From the NCBI RefSeq assembly GCF_009914755.1, contig NC_060926.1: a stretch of DNA of 64,000 bases, one strand, 5' to 3'. The position numbers and the translations under genes were made by a program. The notes beneath the pieces are model-generated. The model searched no databases. It saw only the letters and a program-made list of their open reading frames with translations, and was not told the origin of the DNA. This document shows positions 46,980 through 58,268 of the stretch, one piece after another (positions within the stretch are counted from its first letter, which is position 1; the number at the start of each line of letters is the position of its first letter). Source of the stretch: the human T2T-CHM13v2.0 reference genome, Homo sapiens.

Positions 46980-48950
46980 TGTAGCCAGTCTCCACAGCAT
47001 TGAAGGTGTGATGGTGATAGGCATTAAGGGCTTCAAAGATGACTAGCACTGGTCCCTGCACTTAGGCAGACCTGAGAACCAATGGACAAGTAAAATGTGC
47101 TAAGTGCATTGATAGCATTTGTATAGAGTGCTCTGGGAATACCGGAAATAGGAAGTGTTCTTGCAACCATAGTTTTCTCTGAATGGGATGGTTGATAAGA
47201 CAAATCCAGGAACACCAATAAGTTTCTTGACTTGAACTGAGTCTGGAAGCTTGAGGAGTCAGCAGGAGAAGAAGCATAAAAGTGCAAAAGTGTTTGATAT
47301 GTTTGGCAAGCAGAAAGGAGTCAAGTATGACTAGTTCCAGATGTTGAGTTCCAGATGTGTGTGATGAGAGGAAAGGGAGCCCGAAGCCCCAAATGCAGTG
47401 ATATAGAGCCGGGGCTTGACTCTGTGGGCCAAGAGTTTTCAAGCTGTTCTTGGAACCCTGGAAGCCCCTCAAAGGTACCTAGGAGGTTACACATGGGTGT
47501 GTGTTGGTGTTCATGTGCACGTGTGCATACTCAGGAGTGCAGAAAGAAGGCATGCAAGGGCCTGTGTGGTCCCCCCTTGCTTCAACTATGTTGGGCAGCA
47601 GAAGATTTTATATGAATAAAAAGTCCCCTTCCTTTGTCCTCTTCTTAATAAAGTTTGAAGACCTCTGCTGCAGACAGTTGGAGAGGAGGTAGAGATTTTT
47701 AAGCAGGGAGTAAGACAATCAGATCAGGGTTTCAGAAAGAAAAACCTATGGAGGCCACCTGGAGGTTGATTAAATCCGTTGAGTCTGAAGCCAAGATACC
47801 AGGTAGAAAAGAGCTAATAAGAGCCAAGGCTAGGTCAGTGGGTGCCAGAGGCGAAAGAATAAAGAGCACAATGGAAGGAGGGGTCCAACTGTCTAGAAGC
47901 CCAGGGGCTGGGGCTGGGGCTCTGGGGGTTCCTTGAACTGTGGGAGGGAAGGAACAATAATGAGGACATGCAGGATCTTTTGCATTTGTGGCAGCATTGG
48001 CTGCCTTTTGTTTTTGTAAATTCTAGTGAAAGAGCCCATCCATCAGATAGACTCTGATAGAGATGCTCAGTATGCGAAACACCCAGTGGGTCCTCAGACA
48101 TAGGGGTCTGGGGCTCAGAGACTGAGCCTGAGAGTGATCAGGGCCCTGGAAGAGCCCATGGGGTAAAAATGGGAAAGGGCCTGGGAGAACAGCAGCAGTA
48201 AGAGGTGACCAGGGAAGCAGGTGAGAGAGTGGAACAGAGTGGGCAGGCCAGCAAGAAGCAGAGCAGGAGAGAAGGGATCATAGAGCAGGCTCAGAGGCCT
48301 CAACCTGCTTGAGGAAAGCCTTTGGTTAGGATGGGGGTAGGGGTAGGGGTAGGGTGGATCATTCTTGACATTTGCTAAGTCAGTGAAGCCTAATTTCAGT
48401 GAGATGAAGTGGAAGGGGTATTGGAAAAAGCACAGGTCAGTTTCTAGAGATGTAATTGACTGGGCATAACCAAGGGCAGAAACAGGGGTGATGTGGGTAA
48501 ATCTTGTGTCTTCAACCTGGGAACATGAAGGTGTCACCAAGGCATGGGAGGACTCCCCTGAGATGAGCAGAGTCTTTGGCCACTGAAAGAAGAAAGCCAG
48601 AGTTACAGCCAGGCTAACCTGGAGCAATGGAAAGGTCTGAAGTCTAGGGTACCCCTTGCACAGCTCCAGTGGTGTTTATGTGGAAGGAGTGCTTTTCTGT
48701 CATTGATGTCGGGTTATAAATGACTAATTGGGTTGACGTGAGAGATAATATCCAGCAGATAACACGGGGACTGTGCCATATGAGTGTGTTCATCCAGGCA
48801 GATGGTGGCAGAGTGAAATGTGCTTCCTTCAATCCATGCCTCTTAAGACTGGTCTCTTGGGAGCTGGAAGCTGTGACGGCAGCTACTTCATTGGAGGGGA
48901 GGCCCTAGAGTTGATGACGTGGTTTTCTCTGTCAGGAAGTTTGGCTGCTA
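46980..48950. mobile_element. Degraded L2-like region
   Basis: G/A-rich; GATTTTTAAGCAGGGGAGTAAGACAATCAGAT and GAGGTGACC motifs typical of antisense L2; limits uncertain. Confidence 0.45.
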
Positions 48951-49497
48951 GAGGAAGTAGTTAGGTCACTGGAAAGAAGGGGTGTTTGCAGCAGGACACT
49001 GGCCTATATCGGGGGGAGGGGCTGGAGAGCCTGAGGAGCAGGAGGGGTAAAGCTGAGCTGGGGCTGGAAAAGAGGAATGTGGATGCTGCTCATGCGTGAC
49101 TCTTATGGTTTCTCAGGGAAACAGAAACCTCGTCTGCTTGAAGAGTGCCTAGGACGGGATGAATGGGCAAGATCTTGAAGATAGTGGGAAAGACTAGACA
49201 TGCCAGTCTAGGGAAGGCAGGCAAGGTCAGAGCTAATGAGTCTACATGGAATTCAAACATCTCTGCCATGAGATTTTTTCCACCTCAGTGTTCTTTTTAG
49301 AGGAACAGAGCTAGAACTGGGCAGTGGTCACAGCTCCAGTCTCTAACCCTTAACTCCGTTTTCTTCCCCCTGACTTCTGCCCTGGGTGCCTATGAGATAC
49401 GATAGCTGTCTAATGAGATTAATAGCCACTGTACACTGGTACACAGGTTGTGGTGATGCTGTTAGTGGTGATGAGCCCCTCTTTGGTCACCCCCTCA

Positions 49498-49690
<193 letters not shown>

Positions 49691-49756
49691 CACCTAGCTC
49701 TTTGGAGGCTGCTTGGGTTTAGTAATCATTTCAGAGGCTGTCTGGCTTTTTCAGCA

Positions 49757-49926
49757 GAAGTAGGTACTTTCCTACTAAAGTACCTACTAAGTACTTACTA
49801 AGTGGGAAAGTACCTACTAAGGTTTAACCAGGCGTGAGTACTTAGTAGGTACTTTCCCACTAAAGTAGGTACTTTCCTACTAAAGTAAGTACTTAGTAGG
49901 TACTTCAGTGGGAAAGTACCTACTTC
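49757..49926. repeat. Nested inverted-repeat (palindromic) array built from AGTAGGTACTTTCCYACT
   Basis: Three nested arm pairs of 20-22 bp read directly from sequence (see findings). Confidence 0.9.
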
Positions 49927-50584
49927 CATTGAAATCTGCCTAAAGATTTGATCTGACAGGTGGTAAACTAGTGAACAGACATTAGTTTTTATTTTTTCTA
50001 TGTAATTCTGTTAGGGTTTTGTCATAGCTACATCTTATTTCTAGTATTCACATGGTGGGGGGTAGAGAGGGAATTTTAATCTTTGAGCATTTGTTAGGAT
50101 TGGGCCAGCACCTAGGCCACTCTGTAATTTTTTCCCACAGACCTCAGTGGGGTAAGTCTTACAATATCTGCTGAAAATGTTTATAATGCTGTTGCTTAAA
50201 TAGAGTTCTGGGTGCATATATCAAGGCTAGATATTTGTAATCCACCATTTGAGTGATATTAGTAGCTTCTCACTGACCTGGGGGTCTCATGCAAGACATC
50301 TAAAGCTTCAGACTGAGCCCCATTGGTCTTAACCGGGGTAACAGTTTGCTTAGACCGTCTGGGCTGAAGTAGTTTTGAATTCTGTCTGTGATATTCAGGC
50401 GTTTCTCTGGACCTCAGATAACCTGGGTCTGAGTTGGATTTTACTCTCAAGCCAAGTGCTGTGGTCCTCCCCAAAATTAGCATTGTAAAGAAGAGGAAGG
50501 ATAGTGGGAATGTGCTAATGTGGTTTAGTTGGCTGGGGCCCTCATTCCCCCAGGATGTGTCTCTTTTCTTAATTGTTCTCTCAG

Positions 50585-50974
50585 AGAAAGAATTCACTGT
50601 TCGGCTGGAAACAGAGAAGCGGCTGCACATGGTGGGCGAGCCGGTGGAGTTCAGATGCATCCCGGAGGCTCAGAATGTTCCCGACCGTTACTTTGCTGTC
50701 TCCTGGGCCTTCAACAGCTCGCTCATCGCCACCATGGGCCCTAACGCTGTGCCTGTCCTCAACAGCGAATTTGCTCACCGGGAAGCCAGGGGACAGCTTA
50801 ACGTGGCCAAAGAGAGCGACAGTGTCTTTGTGCTGAAGATCTACCACCTCCGCCAGGAAGATAGCGGGAAATACAACTGCCGGGTGACTGAGCGAGAGAA
50901 AACCGTGACGGGGGAATTCATTGATAAGGAGAGCAAGCATCCCAAGAACATCCCCATCATAGTCCTCCCCCTCG
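50585..50974 (+). pseudogene. IGSF3: IGSF3-like Ig3 exon
   Basis: ctctcag|AGAAAG...CCCCTCG|gtaagt; KEFTVRLETEKRLH...YNCRVTERE; no stop. Confidence 0.95.
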
Positions 50975-53679
50975 GTAAGTAGAGAGATGTGCTGCTTTCT
51001 TCTCCTTTGGCTCAGCATCATTTAGGAGAGGTAGGGGGAGAGAGAATAGTGTGGTGAGGGTGAGGGGAGGCAGATGGAACCCTCGAGGTTAATGCAGAGC
51101 TGGGGGAAAAACCGTTGAGCCTATCTTCCCTGTTGTAGCCCACCTGCCTACATTTAGCAGTCTCCCCATAGCAGAGGATCAGGATCAGGGGTGTCCAGGA
51201 TCAGGGCACTCTAGGGCTGGTCATAGGCCAATCTGATTGCTAGCAGCCCTGTGCATACAAAAGCAGTGCCAGCTCAGCTTGGAGGGAAACGAGGAATCCC
51301 AGAAAGCTGTTTGCTCTTGTGTGGGAATCAAGTCCCAGAAGAAGTGGGTAGATAGATGCCTGCCTTGAAATCTCACTTAAGGAGAGCTGGTCTTTTATGG
51401 GAGGATTTTAAATCATAAAGTGCATTATTAAGGATTTGCCATCTGGGTTTTTCAGGTATAAAGGCTGGCATTTCCCTAAATGGCTTTTCCCTGTTGAAAT
51501 TGTGTTTCTAAAAGTCAGTGGATGGAACCTCTCACATCTTCCTGGAGCATAGCCTTTTAAGCTTAGCTGATTTCTGAGGCTGCCTCAGTGGGCTCCCAGC
51601 CTTCATGTAGACTGGCCTTGTGTGGGTGGGTAGTGGCCATTGCTAGGGATTCCAGAAACTACCGGTGTTTGCTTGTGTTGTGTTTAAACATTCACAGTAT
51701 CAAGATATTCTTATTAATCTCATTCTCCCATAGTTCTGTTTTTAGTAAAGAGAATAAAAACCTATGATGATCTGATTTTAAACAAGTGGTAAAGTTTTAA
51801 GACTAACCTTTAACCTTTTCTCAGCTGCTAAAACTATTCTTTCTTTGAGCCTTGTAATAATTTCCTTTACTTTTTATTTATATGTTTTAATATTTAAAAT
51901 ATTTCTCTTCAAGTGTGAAGTAAAAAGTAGCCATAGGGGTCCTCTTGTCAGTCTTTTCTTCTTTTCTCATCAACTGGATTATTTTCTTTTATGCTTATTA
52001 TTATTTTGTTAAAAACCATGCACACACATACCTAATTATCTTTTTTTCCCCTGGCAATAAATATTTTAATTTGTTTCATTTTTATGATGACAAATAATTT
52101 TCAAGTTTATTTCCTTGTTTAAATACAAAGCTAAACCACAAACAGGTATAATCAAGACATTGTGTCTCACATTTACACTCCCATCGGATCCTCTTCCAAT
52201 TTGCTGACCACTGACCAGGCTAGCGGGGGGTGGGTGTGGGAGGGAAGACTTTCTTAGGTAACACCGTCGTAAGGCCCGAGGTGGGGTTGCGGGGGAAATC
52301 AAAGATGAGGACAGGCTCTCATGCCTGTCTCCATTCACATTTACCTGGGACCAGGGTGGGCAGGAGACACCAGGTCATGGCTCCTGAGCCCCGGCCCCCT
52401 GGACTGAAGGGACAGTGCATGAGAATCAGTTCTGTGAAGGGCGGGAGGAAGCAGCCACCTATTCCTCCCGCCTTCACAGTTAAGGTGAAAACCTTAGCCC
52501 TATCCTTGATTCCTGGGGGCTGCCGGGCCCTGTGTGCTCCCCTGCACACCTGGGTGCCTTTCTGAGGCTGGCAGCAGCGGCTGGGGTCAGGGGTCCTGGG
52601 CTCCTAGGCTCACACCTCAGCTCAGTTGCGTCCTTGCAGGAGGACACTGGGTATCTGACAAACACAAGGCCTCGACAGCAGGTCTGGAACTTTCAACCCC
52701 AGCAGGATGAGGGGGACCCACCCCCAGGTGGATGTCAGGTAAGTAATTTCTGGTCCCACTACAAAACTTTATTTTTGGTTAGAGTACCATTCTCAATCTC
52801 TTCTACGAAAAGCAAAAAAAAAGCAGCCACTTCACTCACTTCAAGACCTATATACATGAAAGTTGTTTTCTGTGTTTTTTTAAAATTATTTTTAATTATT
52901 ATTATTATTTTTTAAAATAAATTCAGTGTTCACATTTCTATAAAGAATTAACCCAGTTTCAGGAAACCCTGCCCCAGCAGGGCAGGTAAGCAACACTCTC
53001 CCTGCCCACATCTAGTTTGATTTCGCGCCCTGATGCTTCAAGGTGCCCAGAAAAGCGGCAGCGTGTGGAAGAGGAAATCTATGCCCGGCCCGTGCTTGGG
53101 GCCCAGGGCTCAGTAAGCTTTCGAGAAAGCAGAGAGGAAGACTAGCTTACTGCAAAAACCTTTTTAAAAAATATTCATACACTTCAGTGAGCGCCTGTCG
53201 AGACGTTAGGAGAACAAGAGCTTGGAAACATCCCGTCCAGGCCATTGGGAGGCAGCGTCTTCCTCACACCCCGTCCCTGGATGTCAGGGGTGCAGGGGGA
53301 AGGTCCCGGCTCTTCCACTGGAGAAAGGAGACTCACCTAGCTTTCTAGTTCATGTTTGACTATTTCCTCTAAAACCTGTGCTGAGTCTTTGACTGCATGC
53401 ACGGGAAGCACAAACGTTCGGCTTGTATGCAAAAAAAAGTACAAAAACAACTAGAATATAAAAGTTTCGGTAATATAAGGCCATCTGTTCAAGTCCACCT
53501 TGGAAACCTGTAACAGATATTTAAATACTACAGTGAAAAGGCATCTTAATATACTTTTTAAAAACATCTGAAGTAATCCGCTAAGATTAAGTGTGTAAAA
53601 AAAAAATTCAATTCCCTTTGAGGGCACTTTGTCCTTTGAAGAAGGGAAAGTGGGGCGGGGAGGGCGCGGGGCCCACCGG

Positions 53680-54711
53680 TTAATGCTTCAGCCACGGGTG
53701 GGCTTCAATGGAAGCCTTGCTGCGGTCCCCATAGTCATACAGGAGCTCCTCCCCAGCCGCGATGTCTTGGGAGGCGATGAGGATGAGGTGAGGTACGCCG
53801 TCGATGTCGTGCAGTTTGGTTTGGCAGTTCCCACATTTGCTGTGATTGATCGGTCTTCCTGGGCGATTTGTCTCTCTAGTTGCATCCACGCAGTAGGTTT
53901 TGCTCAGATACTGAAAATAGTACATGTAGCAGCCCGTGGAAGGGTCCTGTGCATACAGAGCCTCCCGTTTCTTGGCGTCGGTGATCTCGATGAGGTCCCC
54001 GTGGTATTCCACCACAAAGGCACCCCGGGAGAAATGCTTGGTGGCAATCACACCCCTGCCTTTGCCATCGATGAGGTCAATCTTCATTCCTTCTTCCTTC
54101 CCACTTTCAATCAATTCATCTATTCTTTTCCTTTCTTCAGACTGCAGCTCGGCTTTGCTCTTCCTGGATCTCCTTCGGACAGGGTAGAAATCCGTAAGTT
54201 TGTGATTCTGTTGTGTTTTTCCTTGAGCTTTTTTTCGGGGGGCCTGTTTGCCCTTGATGGGCTTTTTCAGGGCTTGCTTGGCGATGGCTGCATTGGTGGA
54301 ATCACAAGATGAGGGTGGAGTTTTTGGAGGTTCTGCTGCTTCAGATTTTTGGTTTGGAAAAGGTACCAGGGGACCTCTCCTGGCGTCTTTGATCTTCTGT
54401 TTCTTGGACTTCATGGCGCTCTGTACTGCGTTCCCAGTATTTCTTTTCTCTTCTCGTTTCCTGTAGATTCCGGCTAATGGTTTCCCCTGGCATTTGACTT
54501 CGTGATGTGTAACCGAGTTCTCTTCTTGAAGGGGGAAACGCATTCCAGAGCATTTGTTCGGGCTCATGTAGGAATAGATCTTTGACTGCCCGGTAAATAC
54601 GCTCTCCCCATCGGTGCGGGGCCTCCCCGGGCCCCTCCGCTCCACCATCTCCAGGCCCGGGGCCGTCGCTGCCGCCGCCGCCGCCGCCTCCAGCGCGCGG
54701 GGCTTGGACAT
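53680..54711 (-). CDS. KMT5A: Uninterrupted 343-aa KMT5A-like ORF (MSKPR...HPWLKH) in the retrocopy; SET domain probably impaired
   Basis: ORF track 53680..54828; first in-frame ATG at 54711 (A at -3); PIP degron QNHKLTDFYPVRR, NHS and ELLYDY present; RLGRLINHS reads RPGRPINHS. Translation not shown. Confidence 0.45.
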   Translation of the reverse strand: MSKPRALEAAAAAAATAPGLEMVERRGPGRPRTDGESVFTGQSKIYSYMSPNKCSGMRFPLQEENSVTHHEVKCQGKPLAGIYRKREEKRNTGNAVQSAMKSKKQKIKDARRGPLVPFPNQKSEAAEPPKTPPSSCDSTNAAIAKQALKKPIKGKQAPRKKAQGKTQQNHKLTDFYPVRRRSRKSKAELQSEERKRIDELIESGKEEGMKIDLIDGKGRGVIATKHFSRGAFVVEYHGDLIEITDAKKREALYAQDPSTGCYMYYFQYLSKTYCVDATRETNRPGRPINHSKCGNCQTKLHDIDGVPHLILIASQDIAAGEELLYDYGDRSKASIEAHPWLKH

Positions 54712-55007
54712 CTTCTTGCCTGCAGCCCGGCCAGGCCCATGGCAGCGCGCCCCGCACCCTCGCCGCCGCCGCCGCGGCCCGGCCACCACCGCTGCCGCTG
54801 CCGCTGCTGCTGCTGCTGCCGCCGCCACCAGCGCCGCGGCGGCGCCCCGGGGAAGGGCCGGCGGCGCCCCATGGTGCCCCCTTCCCCCATGGCCGGCAAG
54901 GCAGGGCCCGGCACCCGCGCACCGCGGCAGCCCCAGGCGGCCCGGGGCGAGGCACGCAGGGAGGGAGGCACAGGCGGCGCGTCCTCAGCAGCCCGCCCGC
55001 CCGCTCC
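54560..55007. promoter_or_regulatory. CpG island carried by the KMT5A retrocopy 5' end, with GCN (polyalanine) tracts at about 54668-54688 and 54791-54826
   Basis: Very high GC and CpG density; (GCC/GCT)n runs visible. Confidence 0.7.
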
Positions 55008-55220
55008 ACCTAATTATCTTGAAATTCTTTTGTTTCTTAGCCTTTTCCGCCCTGCAATGCCTAGCATGGTGCTTTGCATAGAGTAGGTGCTCGCTGAATA
55101 CTGTACAACTGAAATTATTGAATTGAATGCCCACTGTCTTTACTATTTTCCTGTCAGTCTGTGCTTGCCTTAACCACGGACTCTCTACTTTTAAATCTGC
55201 AATTAATTCCTCATTGTTTT

Positions 55221-55427
55221 CTAAGGATCAAGTGAAGGGCAGCCACGCTGTTTACTTCCTATATTTTTTGTACTAAGATTTCCCCCAACCCCTTCTGAGA
55301 ACTTGTTTGATGATCTGTGGCCTGCTATATTGCTTTTCCAGCAGATAACTGGGTAGTTAAAGTCCCCCAGCACCACCAGATCCTGTCCCAAGGCCACTTG
55401 GGTAAGTCGGCCGAAGAACAACAACAA
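55221..55427 (-). mobile_element. CR1/L3 LINE endonuclease fragment
   Basis: Translation LVVLGDFNYPVICWKSNIAGHRSSNKF..RG..SLD matches the CR1 ORF2 AP-endonuclease GDFN.P.ICW motif. Confidence 0.8.
55342..55401 (+). pseudogene. IGSF3: IGSF3-like 60-nt alternative exon (ADNWVVKVPQHHQILSQGHL)
   Basis: ttttccag|CAGATAAC...CACTTGG|gtaagt; 60 nt, phase 1-1; matches the 20-aa insert of the long IGSF3 isoform as recalled. Confidence 0.8.
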
Positions 55428-57866
55428 TCACATCGGTAATGGTGATAATGCCTTGGATTTTAATGGCGCTTTTCCTCCTAAGAGACCGAAGTGCTTCTGC
55501 ATATATCATCTCCTTCTCCGCTCCCACCTCTCAAATCCTCGTAGAGGCCAATATGATATCCATCTAATGAATGAAGAAATCAGAGCGCCACACAGGAAGT
55601 GACAGAGCTGATTGTTCAGTTAGTGGTTGAGCTTGCATTGTATTAGGAAATATTTGCTTCTAACTCCACACCCACCGCCCTGCGCTTAGCCTGTGCTACA
55701 CCATCAACTTCCTGATTTGAAATTTCATTTGCGAATGTGTACTCAGATTTTTATTAGTTCTGTCCTAGTTTTCACTTAATCCAGAGAGTTTAAAATTGTC
55801 GGCTGCCTTTTCTCAGGCCTGGAAATTCTTGTAAATAGTGTTAGTGGGCAGTGAGGCACCAGGTCTGTAGTTGCCTTTGCCTCAGCTGCTGTAATAAAAT
55901 AGCATTTCTTCTTGTAGCCCCACATTCTAACTATGTGGGTTTCCAGGCTTGCTCAAGCAACAGAGCACCACCAAACAGTAGCCCTTTCAATAAATGAGCC
56001 AGGACTTGCATAAGCGTCCACTGGGATGACAGTAGGGGATGAGAGTGAGGTCCTGCAAGTCATTCTCCTGCTTAAGACAAGTGAAAGGATTTTCTTCCTT
56101 GATGCTGCAGTTGCCCTTTTAATCCCTTATTTTGAATTGATAACAGTGGGGATGAGTCTTTAATCTAAAGAGGAATATTGTTGTTATTAATGATGATGAA
56201 AAATAATTACCTCATCTAATCCTGTCAATGTCATGCCCTAAGAAGTAGGCACTATTAGTATCTCCATTTTTCACATGAGAAATTGGAGCTTTGGTAGGTT
56301 AAGGAAGAACCACAGGATTACAGAGTTAAGAAGTCTCCAAATCCATCCCCTTAACCATTAGTGCTATAGATGGTGACTGTTCAGGAGCCTGATTATCTCT
56401 ATGAATCATCATGGTATGACTCCTGGGGGAGGTTGCCCTCCTGGGAAAATTGCTATTCCCTGCCCCATCCAGACCTTTTATTTTTCACATAAAACAAGCA
56501 CATCCAGAATGGCTAGCAGGCATCCTCACTATAATAAGAGCTACATTTTGAGGCTCAGTGCTCGTCTTTGTTTCTGCTTGTTGGGGAAATAAAGGAGAGA
56601 AAAGATTTGATTCAAATGCATTGTTATGTGTATATGTGTGTTTTCTCTTGGTAATTGGGTGTGCCTCTTAAAATCTGGGATTTGATTTAATTAATTGGTT
56701 TAAATTATTGCATGTATTTAATGTGGGTGGTACCCAAAAATTGGAGCCAAATTAGTTACTTTGTGTTCTTTAATACTTACAGACCTTCTGAACTCAATAT
56801 AGATAATTATACAAAATACTACGTGCATAATTAAAACATATTAGGCTATCTGTGATGTTTACAAAAACAAAGAGTTATGTGGAATAGTAAAATTAATCAT
56901 GATCATGATGACCAGTTTTTGAAAACCTACTATGTGTTAGGTGAATCTATACGCATCATCTCATTTACTTTTTAATATTTAAAGAATTCTACAATTAAAG
57001 GTGGCTCTCTACCTGTCTTACAGAAGAAGAGGCTGAGGCATGTTGAGTTTAAATAATTTGATTGAGTGAATTCAGATAGTTAAGTGAGCAGCAGAGGCTA
57101 GATGAGACAGGGAAGGGAGTGGAATCCTTATCCCAAACTTTTGATTGGCCAAATGTTTCTAGAAAGAGAACAAAGGAGCCCCAGGGCTGACTGGACAGGT
57201 GGGAGAGTGGTGGATGACGAGCTGCTGGCTTTGTTTTATTCCTGTGTGTTAATGAAAGAATGAAAGCCTCCTCCTCACGCACTCTGCAAAACTAGACCAT
57301 CTGTGCTCCCTTATTACCCACACTTAAGCACACGTTATCATCCAAATACTTACTGTCAGTTTTTTTTTCGTATTTCCTAAATTGTCCTGAAGGACTCAAA
57401 TGGCACATTATGGATGTTCAGCTTTTATTTGACTGCTGTAGTATCGAATGGTAGGAAGAGTGAAGTGAAGTAGGATTTTGGAGTTACTCTTCTTGCTGAA
57501 AATTCAACTTGAAAAACCCTGAACTGCAGCTGAATAGATTACCCAATAAATTGTTTTATGCCCTAATCATCATGCCACTATGTTGTATTTCTTAGGTTCT
57601 TATTCAGGCTCAGGTCTTAGAACCTCGTTATCACAGTTCTCTGCACACAGCAAAGAACATCCTAGATTATCAGATCTAAAACCACAGGGAGCAATGCCCA
57701 GAACCAGCCAGGGCTTACATCAGCGAGGGTCAGAGTGTTTTTGACCCTCTGAGGCTCACCGTACCTGAATATGATTCCATTTGCACCCCTCCTCCTGTTT
57801 CCTCTGTGGGGAGGGCGCTGTGGAGACCATAAAGCCTCCAGGGTGTTTCTCTCTCCCTCTTCCTAG

Positions 57867-58268
57867 AGAGCAGCATCTCCGTGGAGGTGGCCAGCAATGC
57901 CAGCGTCATCCTTGAGGGCGAGGACCTGCGCTTCTCCTGCAGCGTCCGCATGGCAGGAAGGCTGCAGGGTCGCTTCTCTGTCATCTGGCAGCTTGTGGAC
58001 AGGCAGAACCGCCGCAGCGATATCATGTGGCTAGACCGGGATGGCACCGTGCAGCCAGGCTCGTCCTACTGGGAGCGCAGCAGCTTTGGGAGCGTCCAGA
58101 TGGAGCAGGTGCAGCCCAACTCATTCAGCCTGGGCATCTTCAACAGCAGGAAGGAGGACGAGGGCCAGTATGAATGCCATGTGACTGAATGGGTGCGGGT
58201 GGTGGATGGCGAGTGGCAGATTGTTGGGGAGCGCTGGGCCAGCACTCCCATCTCCATCATAGCTCTTG
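57867..58268 (+). pseudogene. IGSF3: IGSF3-like Ig4 exon
   Basis: tcctag|AGAGCAGC...GCTCTTG|gtgagt; SSISVEVASNASVILEG...YECHVTEW; no stop. Confidence 0.95.

Larger units (their letters stand above)
52043..55007 (-). pseudogene. KMT5AP2: Processed KMT5A (SETD8/PR-Set7) retrocopy with GC-rich 5' region, ORF and full 3' UTR; probably KMT5AP2
   Basis: Intronless SET8 ORF; about 1.6 kb of 3' UTR; ATTAAA at 52065-52070 (minus); short A tail; perfect 13-bp TSD ACCTAATTATCTT at 52030-52042 and 55008-55020. Confidence 0.96.

Noticed and set aside
49757-49926. CRISPR-like appearance of the repeated ~20-bp motif
   Set aside because: Primate DNA, mixed orientations, no unique regular spacers, no cas genes.
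52880-52920. AT-rich tract as the retrocopy poly(A) end
   Set aside because: KMT5A-like 3' UTR continues to about 52048, where the ATTAAA signal and TSD lie.
53629-55086. Overlapping long ORFs around the KMT5A retrocopy (227, 222, 155, 135, 115 aa)
   Set aside because: Shadow or alternate frames of a GC-rich coding retrocopy.
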